Shown: positions 23,045 through 33,304, counted from the stretch's first letter. The stretch: DNA of 64,000 bases from an uncultured Acidimicrobiia bacterium (GCA_963786955.1 CAWBAT010000008.1:288001-352000), one strand, 5' to 3'. Program-made: numbers and translations. The notes: generated by a model from the sequence alone, not told the origin.

Positions 23045-23240
23045 TTAGGGCACAGGCACGCCCAACCCTTCTACGGGCAGGGTAGTTGTGAAAGGCGGAA
23101 GAGTCATGCTCCCGCCAGAGAGGGGAACGATAAAATCGAAGGTATAACCGGATATGCCAACCGGAACCATATCCGAGTTGTAACGGTTTGCGGACATGTC
23201 AGTCCCGTCATTCTTCTTGAAGGTAACGTTTACATGGGTC
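23045..23240 (-). pseudogene. 3' remnant of a TadE-family gene
   Basis: Encodes GYTFDFIVPLSGGSMTLPPFTTTLPVEGLGVPVP, nearly identical to the end of 26988-27485; lacks the pilin N-terminus. Confidence 0.8.
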
Positions 23241-23488
23241 GTGGATAGCAAATTGATAAGGTAATCACACGGGACGCTCCCTTGGAAAACAAAGTAGTGA
23301 ACATGTGGCATAGCCCGGTTCTTTCGGTGTAGGGATAATTCGGCACGAGTGACCGTGAAAAGCGAGTATAAAAATGTTCTGCTTGGGGGAGTAGCAGAAA
23401 ACTAATTAGGAAGCCTATGAAACTGTTGTTGAGGATAGCAACGTCGTGGGGGTCAGCAAAATTTCAGGACCCGGGCGGACATGACCGC

Positions 23489-23968
23489 CTAACTCGGAAT
23501 GACACCCATGCTTTCTGTATAAAGAGTAGTCTCGTAGGCTGGAACTGAAATGTTAGGGACAATAGGCACAATAAACTGGAATTGGTATCCATTAACGCTG
23601 ACAGAAACTTTTTGGTTTATGGCAACGCCGCTGCTGTCTGAATCGACAGTTACGATAGATACGTTCACCATTGACTTATCCAAACCTGGGACCGTTGGAA
23701 TCCCAGTGCTGATAAGAGGTGAACCATAGACAACCATATTCTTGGTTCGATCGATATTTGTTGCGTCACCATTGCTGCCTACATTAACGACTGCCCATCG
23801 AGCCCCGGCTCGGGTGGACTGTACGATGGAATTATAGGTCCATAAAGCCCGCCCAAATTCAATGATAGAGAATAGCAGGGTGAAGAAAAGCACAACCGCA
23901 AAGGCCATTTCGACCAGAGACTGTCCACGCTCACTTCGCAACCCCGAATTTTTGATTCCCCAGTTCAT
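23489..23968 (-). CDS. TadE/TadF-like pseudopilin
   Basis: ERG|QSLVEMAF cleavage motif, TM helix, IIEFGR, RAGARWA. Confidence 0.88.
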   Translation of the reverse strand: MNWGIKNSGLRSERGQSLVEMAFAVVLFFTLLFSIIEFGRALWTYNSIVQSTRAGARWAVVNVGSNGDATNIDRTKNMVVYGSPLISTGIPTVPGLDKSMVNVSIVTVDSDSSGVAINQKVSVSVNGYQFQFIVPIVPNISVPAYETTLYTESMGVIPS

Positions 23969-23989
23969 AACATACCTCATTCCAAAACC

Positions 23990-24451
23990 TTAAGAAGTTG
24001 GAAATACAATTCGCCCCACAAACTGCATTCGAACACTCGGTCTCATGGTGATTGTGGCAGGCAATATCAGAGAAAACAAAGGCTGATATGGATAGGCCAC
24101 AATCACGTTTGTATACTGCTCAAATGCACTGACGAAAGTCTGCGTCACAGTCACCTGACTAGTTTGAAGATCTAGAATTTTCTTGGTTCCTGTGCCAGTG
24201 GAGTTTCCAAATACCACAACATTCTTGCTTTTGGTTAGTGCGGTTGCGTCCAACGTACCCGTAGAGCTAACCTCTGTCGTGGCAGCATACCGGGCGCCAT
24301 CTCTAACAGCTTTGGCCAAAATGTTGTAGGTGAAATAAGCCCTTCCAAATTCGATCGCTCCGAGCACTAGAAGGAGAAGCAACGGCAAGACTAAGGCGAA
24401 TTCGAGGAGTTCCGCTCCTCGTTCATTCTTGGAATTAACTTTTAGAGACAC
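23990..24451 (-). CDS. TadE-like pseudopilin
   Basis: ERG|AELLEFALVLP, AIEFGR, RDGARYA. Confidence 0.9.
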   Translation of the reverse strand: MSLKVNSKNERGAELLEFALVLPLLLLLVLGAIEFGRAYFTYNILAKAVRDGARYAATTEVSSTGTLDATALTKSKNVVVFGNSTGTGTKKILDLQTSQVTVTQTFVSAFEQYTNVIVAYPYQPLFSLILPATITMRPSVRMQFVGRIVFPTS

Positions 24452-24485
24452 GTTCCACCCTCCATCTGTCAGCCTTCTGATGAAG

Positions 24486-25676
24486 CTATCTGAACAGAAC
24501 TAATTTTGTAATACTACTTGATGTGCTAGTACTGCCCGGACCAGGAGGAGGAGTTGGAACTCCATTTACATCGCATGAACCCACAAATTGCATACAAATC
24601 GCTGCTGACGGCCCACTTGAACCACCAGGGTCCATTACAGGCCTATTTACCATGTAAAAGCACCCCGTACCTTTTACAACATAGTCGGATGAGGAGCCTG
24701 TGGGTATCGTCCCATCATTGATAGGCACGCGAAGAATTCTCCTATAGTTTGCGGTCCTAGGATTCTGTGACATGTATGTATCGTAATCCAAAGGGTTGGT
24801 TGTGACGTAGTCCTGGTCAAATCTGGTTTGGAGAGCTCTTGGAATGTTAGCCCCCCGATCACCTGTAATTGCTGGAAGAGTGGGGCCAGGTCCAACGCAA
24901 TTATTGCTAGAGCCATTAATAATAGTGTCTTTCAGGCATGGAGTGCCATTGCCACAACCACCCGTGTCAGCGAAATTAAAATTGCCCGTCGTACTGTTCG
25001 TGTGACCAATGTCAGCACAGACACTTCCGCTCGAGCTATCTCCTGGGTCTGTTCTCATTGCGTAGAAGGCTTTATAGATGTAACCGTAATTGCCGGTTGG
25101 GTCGGGATCTGGTAGAAGCCTTGGCGGACTGAAAGGGTCGAGCCCGTTGCAAACCGGTTTTTCCAGGCCGGATGCAAGAATCTGAGGAGACTGGCCGGCA
25201 ACAGCCTCCGCTCCAAAGTTTAAGAAGGCAGGAATTCCCGGAACCAACTTTGCAAAGACAATATCGGTTTGTTGTGGTGGAATCACTACTCTTACAAATC
25301 TTATGTTTGCTGCATTGCCTTGCGCAGTGGCCTTATCCACGTAGGTGCCGTTGAGTTGATCCGCAAATGTAATATTGGATTCCGCCAAGGTAATGTTTTG
25401 AGTATTAAACTCGGTCTTGTTATTGAGGCGGCTATTCAAATCTCTAGCTCGATCCACCGCAAGCTGGATACCACCAGATGTGCCATTCAACGCCGTTGCT
25501 CCGGACAGGGCACCGGCGTCCGCCATATTTTGAAGCTGGCCCTTGTTGTTGTACATGTGTCCTAAATCGATAGCGAGACCTAGAAATCCAACCAGTACAA
25601 ATAGGCTTGCTGCAACCAAATAAAGAATTGCACCGCGCTCTTTCTGACGGTCACTTCCAGACGAATTTCCGCTCAT
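24486..25676 (-). CDS. TadG-like pilus tip protein (Tad domain)
   Basis: ERGAIL, LAIDLG, LQNMADAGALSGA; Cys-containing C-terminal domain; start set by alignment with paralog. Confidence 0.85.
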   Translation of the reverse strand: MSGNSSGSDRQKERGAILYLVAASLFVLVGFLGLAIDLGHMYNNKGQLQNMADAGALSGATALNGTSGGIQLAVDRARDLNSRLNNKTEFNTQNITLAESNITFADQLNGTYVDKATAQGNAANIRFVRVVIPPQQTDIVFAKLVPGIPAFLNFGAEAVAGQSPQILASGLEKPVCNGLDPFSPPRLLPDPDPTGNYGYIYKAFYAMRTDPGDSSSGSVCADIGHTNSTTGNFNFADTGGCGNGTPCLKDTIINGSSNNCVGPGPTLPAITGDRGANIPRALQTRFDQDYVTTNPLDYDTYMSQNPRTANYRRILRVPINDGTIPTGSSSDYVVKGTGCFYMVNRPVMDPGGSSGPSAAICMQFVGSCDVNGVPTPPPGPGSTSTSSSITKLVLFR

Positions 25677-25888
25677 CTCCCCCCCCAATAATTCTCCAGT
25701 AGTACATATTCCATTAAAATAATTTGCCAGCTTGTAACTATATTCCATCAGGAAAATTATTCCCTTAATTCTACAACTAAAAATGCAAGTCGAAAATAAG
25801 TTCAATGATGAAAACGAAGAATCCTGACGCCGAGACGCTCTAAGGCAATGTAATACCGGACTCCAATTTCGGAATTCCTCGTAACATG

Positions 25889-25904
25889 TGCAATCGCCCG
25901 GCCA
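25889..25904 (-). promoter_or_regulatory. Putative sigma54 -24/-12 promoter
   Basis: Minus strand TGGCCGGGCGATTGCA, about 210 nt upstream of tadG-like ATG; position conserved in second cassette. Confidence 0.6.
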
Positions 25905-26987
25905 TTGATTCCCAACTAAGCCGCTCCGTCAGGACCCTTTATAAGAGACTGCTTGGATGTCACTATACCTCAACTAGATAGAATCAATTGCAAGCCCACC
26001 GCATGAAGCCGAATCTCAGAGGAAACCGAAAATGACCTTATGCGCAAAGGAAAGAAGTTGCCCAAGCTGAGCAGATGAATTCCATTCGCACCCTCACTAA
26101 GAAGGCAAGCAGACAAACTATCTTTAAACTTTCAAGTGAGCGTGCTGGGTTCTTAGTTTCAATTCTAGGAGGAATTTTCGGAAAGTGTAAGCAATATTTC
26201 ACTTGTCAAGCTGACCGATTTGGGATCAAGCCTCAAAAGATGCATATCTTATTTATATAGAATTACTTACGAGGCTGGCAAAGATCTTTTCTTCTCCTAC
26301 CTTCGCCGGAAGTAGGGATCGAAATTAGAAGTATGCTCCCGTAAGATTCCCATTAACCCTGGCTGGGAGAGACGCTGAAATGTCTTGATCGAGACCCTTG
26401 CCGGCAATCGTTTGGGGATGAGTTCTGGCGCGAAAGAGGCTTTCTCTTCTACTCCTGTAGGTCCGGTGAATTCGGGAACGATCAGACAGCCAGAAGAGGC
26501 TGACAGGAATCCTCGATCAGTTTGGCTGGGAAGCCGCCCACAAGGGCAAGGTTGAAGCAACCCGTGCCATCGAGCCCTTTTGAATGCTCTGGTATATCCC
26601 GGATTTTCTCCGAAACGATCGGAGTCATGTGTTCGAGTTACTGAAGAACTGAAACCGGAAAACCTAGTTCAGAACCTGAACAAGAAAGGAAACGCCGGAG
26701 AGAGCATGCCAGACAAGACGGGAATGGTGGTCGCGTATTTTTGAGCGGGTATGGAAGTCGGCAAGTTCACGGCCGCCATTGCTATAGATAAACAAATTGA
26801 AGCGAGGGTTTATTTCGAAACGATTCGGACCTTAAGCCCAATGCAAGCTATTTCAATACCAAGAAGTTATTGGATAGTTCATTGGAGGGAGAATCAGTAT
26901 TCCCTGAAGCGCGACCAAGAACTCGAGTTGCAAAGTGAGAGGTGGCCGCCGTCGGGGGTAAAGAAACACGAGCGAGCGGCTGGGTGG

Positions 26988-27485
26988 TCAGGGCACAGGG
27001 ACGCCCAACCCTTCTACGGGCAGGGTGGTTGTGAAAGGCGGTAGGGTCATGCTCCCACCAAAGAGGGGAACGATAAAATTGAAGGTATAACCGGTTACGC
27101 CAACCTGAACCACATCGGATTTGTATCGGGTTGCTGACATGTCGGTCCCGGTATTCGTTTTGAATATAACCGCTACATTACTAGTCGTCAGATCGCTGAG
27201 GACAGGAGATCCAGTGCCCGCCGCATTATGGTAAACCACCCAATTCTTAATGGCAGTATCGTTGGTAGGATCTGCGGTAACCGCATACCGCGCCCCAGCG
27301 CGCGTAGCCTGCACAATAGTGTTCCAGGTCCAAAGCCCTCGACCGAATTCAATAATCCCAAAGAGAAGGGTTAAAAACAAAATTGCAGCCAGGGCAAATT
27401 CAACCAAGGTCTGCCCTTTCTGAGAATTTTTTCCCAAGGAATCAAAACGATTATGGGTTCGCAGAAGTCGCATTGAGGTCAACAT
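26988..27485 (-). CDS. TadE/TadF-like pseudopilin
   Basis: KG|QTLVEFAL, IIEFGR, RAGARYA. Confidence 0.88.
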   Translation of the reverse strand: MLTSMRLLRTHNRFDSLGKNSQKGQTLVEFALAAILFLTLLFGIIEFGRGLWTWNTIVQATRAGARYAVTADPTNDTAIKNWVVYHNAAGTGSPVLSDLTTSNVAVIFKTNTGTDMSATRYKSDVVQVGVTGYTFNFIVPLFGGSMTLPPFTTTLPVEGLGVPVP

Positions 27486-27978
27486 AGCGCATCTCTACCC
27501 CCGGAGTGAAATTCAAATTCAAAGTAATCAGTCCCGCGATCACTGAAGTGTAAGGATAAGACGCGGAAACCTTTACCCATTCAGGGGGGGTCGTCCGGCT
27601 TGTTCCCCCACCACGCGGGGTAATCGTAACCATGGCCGTTGTCAATCCCGGTAGAATTGGGCTGCCACTTCCTCCGGTGTTCCCGTATACCACCATGTTC
27701 TGGACATTAGGAAACTCAAGAGCGGAGTCATAAGCATGTCCGCTCATGTAACGGGCGCCTTCGCGAACGGCCTTACTGAGCGTATTGTAGTGATAATAGG
27801 CTCTGCCAATCTCGATGGTTCCTACGACCACGAGAAGCAAAAAAGGGACAACCAGTGCGAATTCGACGAGACTCTGACCCTTCTGCTTCCGGTTCTGGTT
27901 GTACGTCGATGGTGGATGCTGAGCCCCGCCAATTTGGCAGGTGCCTCCGGGTTGTTTGAATTCATCAGCTCTTAACAT
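27451..27978 (-). CDS. TadE-like pseudopilin
   Basis: KG|QSLVEFALVVP, IEIGR, REGARY. Confidence 0.88.
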   Translation of the reverse strand: MLRADEFKQPGGTCQIGGAQHPPSTYNQNRKQKGQSLVEFALVVPFLLLVVVGTIEIGRAYYHYNTLSKAVREGARYMSGHAYDSALEFPNVQNMVVYGNTGGSGSPILPGLTTAMVTITPRGGGTSRTTPPEWVKVSASYPYTSVIAGLITLNLNFTPGVEMRYVDLNATSANP

Positions 27979-28017
27979 GGCTAGACCTTGACTACTTTCC
28001 AAAAATTTCTTATCGCT

Positions 28018-29181
28018 TCAACGCTGAATCACCAACTTAGTGATGCTTGGAAGTCCTATATCTGGAGGAGGGGGCGCGCTGGGATCGAAATAACCGCTCG
28101 CGGTGCACCTCCCGATAAATTCCCCATTGATATCCCCTCCATTGCCTCCAGGAACTTGCTCTCGCAAGAAGAAGCAGCCGTAAGTAAAAATGTAAGCGGG
28201 ACAATTCTTTCCAGAGGTAAATGGCGCCCAAACATATGGCTGAGTCGAAACAAATGGAAGAATGAATCGTCTCTTGTCATTGCCTCCCGCATCCTTATAA
28301 AGGGAGTACTGGTTAGTACAGCCTATGCCACACGTGTATTCGGTTTGAACGGTATCCTGCGTGAAGCGTGCATTCAATCCCTGCTGGACGGGACCCGCAG
28401 AAACTCCTGGTTTAGTGCAGATGGGAGTATTGAGCGTAATGCACCCTTCGGTGGACCCAGAAAGCAAGTCCCGGACGGTAGAGCCGCCGTGATTGCAATC
28501 AACCGGCGGGTCATTTGCCGCCAAAGCATCGCAGAAATCCAGGATCAAGTAATTTCCTGACCCTACGTTTGTAATATCGTTGTTCGGAGCCATACGAATA
28601 GTGTAATACTGTCCAGGTATGTACCGTTCGATGGTTCCATCAGCCTTTTGTGGGATAGGGGAGAGGGGGACAATCGCATCACAGATAGTGTTCAACGGAG
28701 GGCTTTGACCTGCCACCGCACTAGCAGCCACATTCTGGGTGGATCCTATGCCAGGGATAATCTTGATTAAAGCAAGATCCATGGTACGTGTCTTGGTGAC
28801 TTTAATGAACTTGATCGTAGGCGCTACAGCCGGATCACTAGCAGCTGCTGAACTCATGTATCCCGAATCCATTTGTGTGCTAAAGGTCACGTCAGCATCA
28901 ACCACTCCAACGGGGTTGTTGTTAAAGTAATATTTGTTAGCCGCGTTTATGGCGCTAGTCACCGCCCTATTAATCCCTGTTGGGGTCCCGCTCAACTGCC
29001 AGGCACCAGCCAAAGCTGCCGCATCCGTTGCATTTTGCAGGTCAGTTTTCACGTTGTATAACATTCCCATGTCGATGGCGAGACCTGCGAATCCGAGCAA
29101 AACAACCAGACTCGCCGCCACTACGTAAAGAATAGCACCACGCTCTTCTTTTCGATCAGTTCCAGACGAATCTTGACTCAT
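28018..29181 (-). CDS. TadG-like pilus tip protein (Tad domain)
   Basis: ERGAIL, LAIDMG, LQNATDAAALAGA; Cys-rich C-terminal domain. Confidence 0.85.
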   Translation of the reverse strand: MSQDSSGTDRKEERGAILYVVAASLVVLLGFAGLAIDMGMLYNVKTDLQNATDAAALAGAWQLSGTPTGINRAVTSAINAANKYYFNNNPVGVVDADVTFSTQMDSGYMSSAAASDPAVAPTIKFIKVTKTRTMDLALIKIIPGIGSTQNVAASAVAGQSPPLNTICDAIVPLSPIPQKADGTIERYIPGQYYTIRMAPNNDITNVGSGNYLILDFCDALAANDPPVDCNHGGSTVRDLLSGSTEGCITLNTPICTKPGVSAGPVQQGLNARFTQDTVQTEYTCGIGCTNQYSLYKDAGGNDKRRFILPFVSTQPYVWAPFTSGKNCPAYIFTYGCFFLREQVPGGNGGDINGEFIGRCTASGYFDPSAPPPPDIGLPSITKLVIQR

Positions 29182-29385
29182 CTTCCCCCCCAGAATTCTC
29201 ATAGTGCACCCATCTCCATTAAAATAAATCGTCAGCCTCTAACAAAATCTATAGGAAAATCTTTTCCTCGTTCTACTGCTTTGAATCCAAGTCGAGAAGA
29301 AGGTCAATCCTGAAGTTCGTAATCTTCAAATTGGTACACATCGACGCTTCTCCGTCACTGGGCCATGCATTTCCGACTTTATCTA

Positions 29386-29401
29386 GGCAATTGCCCAGCC
29401 A
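29386..29401 (-). promoter_or_regulatory. Putative sigma54 -24/-12 promoter
   Basis: Minus strand TGGCTGGGCAATTGCC, about 205 nt upstream of tadG-like ATG. Confidence 0.55.
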
Positions 29402-29935
29402 GTGAAAGGCACTAATCAGCTTAATTGATCCCGGCTAAAAAGGTTATTTGGATGTCAAAGTATATCAACCCGATGGGTTCATCTTACACAGCTTGAAAGC
29501 CAGGGTAACCATGGATAAGGTTGAGGAATTTCAGAAAGTTGCTCTAGTTTTGTTTCAATCCTGTTTGCCATTGACGGAAAGTGTAATCAGGCTTAGGCGG
29601 AGAAATGAGAGCTTTTCCTGCCGGCTCACTGAACAAATATCTGATTGATAAGAATAATCTTATTTGATTAGAGATAGTGCCTTCCAAAGGGGTTGTTCGA
29701 GGGTACAGATAAACGCAGGAATGACATAGATGCGAATCTGATTCGGTTGTTATCGCTAGAGATGGGTGAGCGTCTTCCCGGGTGGAGGGAACCAGGACTT
29801 TCTATAGCGATGTTAGCTCGGATTGTTGGCTTAGAAGGGGTGATCAGCTTTGTCATTTCGGGAGTGGATTATCAAGTACGCTTCATGGTCATAACAGCCT
29901 CCTAGAACCTGACCCTCAAAGAAGACAGCCTGCCT

Positions 29936-30011
29936 GGAGGGCGTAGTTCCACGACACCTTGCTTTCCAGCGAGCGCGGAGGGGACAAGGTCTCGCAGGAT
30001 TTCAACCCTCC
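29936..30011. repeat. Degenerate GGAG-type REP doublet
   Basis: ggagggcgtagttccacgacacc ... ggtctcgcaggatttcaaccctcc. Confidence 0.45.
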
Positions 30012-30078
30012 AACTGCCATGCCAGGAGGTGAGTTTTTTCATGAAAGTGAGGCCCTGTAATCGACGCAAAGGAATTGG

Positions 30079-30837
30079 TTAACGGTTACCGTTTTTGGCA
30101 TTCAAAGTCGAGCCTGGATTGCGCGAACTTGCTGGTATTGCAGCGAAATCTTGCGTGATGTAAAGGTTGCCATCGGGTCCTTGCGCAATCCCGATTCCTA
30201 CGTCTGTGAATTTCTCGTATAAGATGGTGGCCCGGTGATTCTGTTGGAAACGGGCCTCCGCCATAAATCCGGCTTCCGCGTCCCGGACGCTTGGGTTGAG
30301 GGCAATGTTCTCTCCCGTTACCTGCCAAGGTATACCGGCTGCGGTTATTCGTGCCGAAGGGGTCCTTCCTTTCGGGTCGACATGGGCAATGAACTGTTGC
30401 TCAATCATGTGGCGAGAATGAGCTCGTGCAACCGCAGCTAGTTTTTCGTTCCAGCGGAGGGGTTTAGCACGGCCGCCAGTCTCAGCGAAATTTTTGCGAT
30501 CCACGCGGTCGCGGTTGACGAGTGCCCACATTTGTTTTTCCAAGTCGGCTATGCGATTCGCGCTGCTGCTTTGCCGGGGAGCTGTTCTACTGGGACCAGC
30601 CATCGGGGGAGTACTAAGGCTCGGACCGAAGTGAGGCGGCGCACCCGGTTTGCCGGGCTTCTTCTCTGTTGTGTTTCGGGGTGTCTGAACTTTCTGATCA
30701 GAGGGTCTGGCGATGTCTGACTTGGCAGGCGTTTGAGTTTGGTCTGAACTAACACAGGATATGGAGGCAGACCACATGAACCCAGCTACAAAAACCTCTA
30801 GCCAACAAAGAGGAATAGCTTTCATTCTCAACATCAT
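30079..30837 (-). CDS. CAP (SCP-like) domain protein, possible lipoprotein
   Basis: LVNRDR, ARAHSRHM, GENIA, HRATIL, VGIGI. Confidence 0.88.
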   Translation of the reverse strand: MMLRMKAIPLCWLEVFVAGFMWSASISCVSSDQTQTPAKSDIARPSDQKVQTPRNTTEKKPGKPGAPPHFGPSLSTPPMAGPSRTAPRQSSSANRIADLEKQMWALVNRDRVDRKNFAETGGRAKPLRWNEKLAAVARAHSRHMIEQQFIAHVDPKGRTPSARITAAGIPWQVTGENIALNPSVRDAEAGFMAEARFQQNHRATILYEKFTDVGIGIAQGPDGNLYITQDFAAIPASSRNPGSTLNAKNGNR

Positions 30838-30893
30838 TTTGAATCAGAGAAAGTCTTTAAAGGAGCGACGAAGGCGGGCCGCCGGTCGTGCGC

Positions 30894-31280
30894 TTAGTGG
30901 TCGTGGTCCTTGTCATGGTCCTTTTTATGGCCCTTGTAATAGTCCCGGTCGTGGTCCTTGTCCCAATGGTGGTCATGTTCAACCTGGCCCCGATTGCTCT
31001 TCCAGTACCCCGCAAAGTATCGTTCTCCGTCGTAATGAGGCGACATCCATCTAGCCCCTGCGTACGGTGGCCGAGTCCAATAACCTTCATGCCACTTGTA
31101 ATGCTTTTTCCCCGGATACCAATAACCGGCTACCCATACGAACTCGGGGCTTGGGCATGGAGGTAGAACGTGGACCACATAGGGAGGCGGTGGCGGGCCA
31201 ATCATGATTCCAATGGAGATGTCAGCGCCGAATGCCGATCCGCTGACCAGTAGCATCGCAGCAATCAATGTTGTCCTCAT
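30894..31280 (-). CDS. YXWGXW/WXXGXW repeat-containing secreted protein
   Basis: Signal peptide; WVAGYW, WHEGYW, FAGYW; His/Asp-rich tail. Confidence 0.8.
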   Translation of the reverse strand: MRTTLIAAMLLVSGSAFGADISIGIMIGPPPPPYVVHVLPPCPSPEFVWVAGYWYPGKKHYKWHEGYWTRPPYAGARWMSPHYDGERYFAGYWKSNRGQVEHDHHWDKDHDRDYYKGHKKDHDKDHDH

Positions 31281-31820
31281 GAAGCACCTCATGTTGTTTT
31301 AACCTCCTTTTATATGGCTGATGAAGCATAGCCCACCCAGAAGGTTTGCCGCTTTGCAAAACAAGACAGTTCTCAGCCAGCCGTATAACTTCAGATCATC
31401 TTTTCGGTTCATTTCTTCTAATACTTTACTTTCTCTCGCAAGGACTCGGAAGGTTATGATTTCTGCTTTCTTTTGAACTCACCAACTGTTCCCGCCTTCA
31501 CGGCACTTGGAGCAAAATCGTAATTCCCCTGGGTATCGTTTCCCACTTTTGTGAATGAAAGTTCATACCTTGATTAACTTCGTCCTCGTAAGTTGTTGTT
31601 TTTTCGTGACTGCCGTTTTGGGTGGTACCGTGCAGTCCAAGCGGGAAGAGGTGCTATGAAAATCCTCTTGAGGATACTGTTCTTCGCTGTGGCCTTTGGC
31701 TTCGACTCTAACCTATTTCCCGAATGCCAGCGCGGGGTCGATAGCAGAGAATATTGCTAGCTAATCAACCCGACAATTGCAGACAATTCCAACGTTCTTC
31801 AAGGGAGAGGAAAGCTTCCG

Positions 31821-32120
31821 ATGAGCCAATCGATATCTCAGGATCGAGATGGTTTTCATGTCCTGGAAGGGGAATTCACCTTCCAGGAAGAAACCTGGAA
31901 ACTTGCTCCCCAGAGTAAAAGAGCTGTGACGATCTGTAACCTATTCGTTAACCATCATTACAGTATCCCGGATGTCGCTCGCGTGCTCGATGAAAGCCGT
32001 ACAGATGTTATCCAAGTCTTACTCAGAAGGGGGATAATCAGAGACCGCAGAGTGCGACAGACGATGCCGCCGCAAGGAGTCGAACGCAGGAATACTGTTG
32101 TCAGTACGAACGTGCCTTAG
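31821..32120 (+). CDS. Small hypothetical HTH-like protein, paralog of 21831-22379
   Basis: GGAGAGG RBS; TICNLF motif; C-terminal DRR...ERR. Confidence 0.7.
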   Translation: MSQSISQDRDGFHVLEGEFTFQEETWKLAPQSKRAVTICNLFVNHHYSIPDVARVLDESRTDVIQVLLRRGIIRDRRVRQTMPPQGVERRNTVVSTNVP

Positions 32121-32442
32121 AAATCACGCAAAAACCAAAAATACTGAACAGCGATAACGTATCACTGGAGTAATCTTTCCATCTCGAATGATCACCTCAG
32201 CAATTGTCCGCCCGTAACGGTCTTGACCTTTGGCTTCGACCTTAACCTCTTCCCCGAATACCAGTGAGGAGACAAATTGCTTGGCTCTGTTGCCTAAGGC
32301 CTGCCCCTTTTCAGGCGCGTCAATGCAGCAAAGCCTCTGATTTTATGCGGCAGCGAGCAGGTTGCTTCATTGACAAGGGTGAATCATTCAGTCAATTTCC
32401 TGAGAAGTCTTGAGGGTGCAGATTGTCTCCCTCTAATTGTTT

Positions 32443-33023
32443 GACAACTCCGGGGTGAAACAAGAAAGTCTCCCAACCGTGAACCGCTCAAAGTTACACG
32501 GAAAGGAGACTTTTAGTGAACAATGTTGAAAGCCTAAGCCATACCAAGTGGGAATGCAAATACCACATTGTGTTTATCCCGAAGTATCGCAAGAAAGCGT
32601 TGTACGGTGCACTTCGCCAACAATTGGGGGATTTACTAAGGCAGTTGGCGATGCAACGAGAGAGCCGGATCGAAGAAGGCCATTTGATGCGGGACCATGT
32701 GCATATGCTCGTGTCCATTCCGCCAAAGTACTCCGTATCCCAGGTGGTTGGATACCTGAAGGGAAAAGTGCCATCCACATTGCTCGGACATTCTTGGGAA
32801 AGCCGAGAAACTTCACGGGTGAGAGTTTCTGGGCGAGAGGATACTTCGTTTCGACAGTAGGAAGAGATGAGCAGCAAATCCGCGAGTACATAAAAAAGCA
32901 AGACCAGGAAGACCAGCGAATAGATCAACAAACGATGTTCAGCAAGTAGCCACTTTGAGTGGCTCCAAACATAAACCGCTTTGAGCGGTTCACAAAATCA
33001 AGCCTCCGGCTTTGCCGGAGGTC
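32443..33023 (+). mobile_element. tnpA: IS200/IS605 family element with tnpA only (CDS 32516-32949, one indel)
   Basis: YHIVFIPKYR, DHVH (HUH), FWARGYFVSTVG, YI; right-end hairpin cctccggctttgccggagg; 15-bp inverted repeat 32479-32493/32979-32993. Confidence 0.9.
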
Positions 33024-33304
33024 TTTTGTTTTTTTGCTCTTTCTTATGCGTGCCCTAACGAAAATCCCCACCAGTGTTTAGAAGAGATACGAAGCGGGAT
33101 TGGTATTCACCGGTCGCTCCTGACGGAGCTCTGTTCTTTAACTAACAGCAGATTCTAGATACAGGTCGCCGCTCTGCGGCTTTGTCCTTGATGGAATTTT
33201 CGCCACTCTCAATCTTTCAACAAGCCGTTGGGTTCGACAAAGCTTGTCAAGCAGCCAAGTGATATTTTCGGTCAAGAAAAAAGATGAAAGGAAGTTTGGA
33301 AAGT

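Noticed and set aside
26556-26571. Additional sigma54 promoter (minus strand TGGCACGGGTTGC)
   Set aside because: GG-to-GC spacing is two bases too short
25900-26980. Flp major pilin hidden between the Tad cassettes
   Set aside because: No ORF with a G|xxxxEY motif and hydrophobic helix was found in the ORF track or by eye
23045-27200. DGR template/variable repeat pair (tadE remnant vs tadE), with the four-helix protein as Avd
   Set aside because: Mismatches involve all bases and are mostly synonymous rather than adenine-specific; no reverse transcriptase in the window
32443-33023. TnpB/IscB RNA-guided nuclease associated with the IS200 element
   Set aside because: The element ends in its hairpin ~70 nt after tnpA, leaving no room for such an ORF
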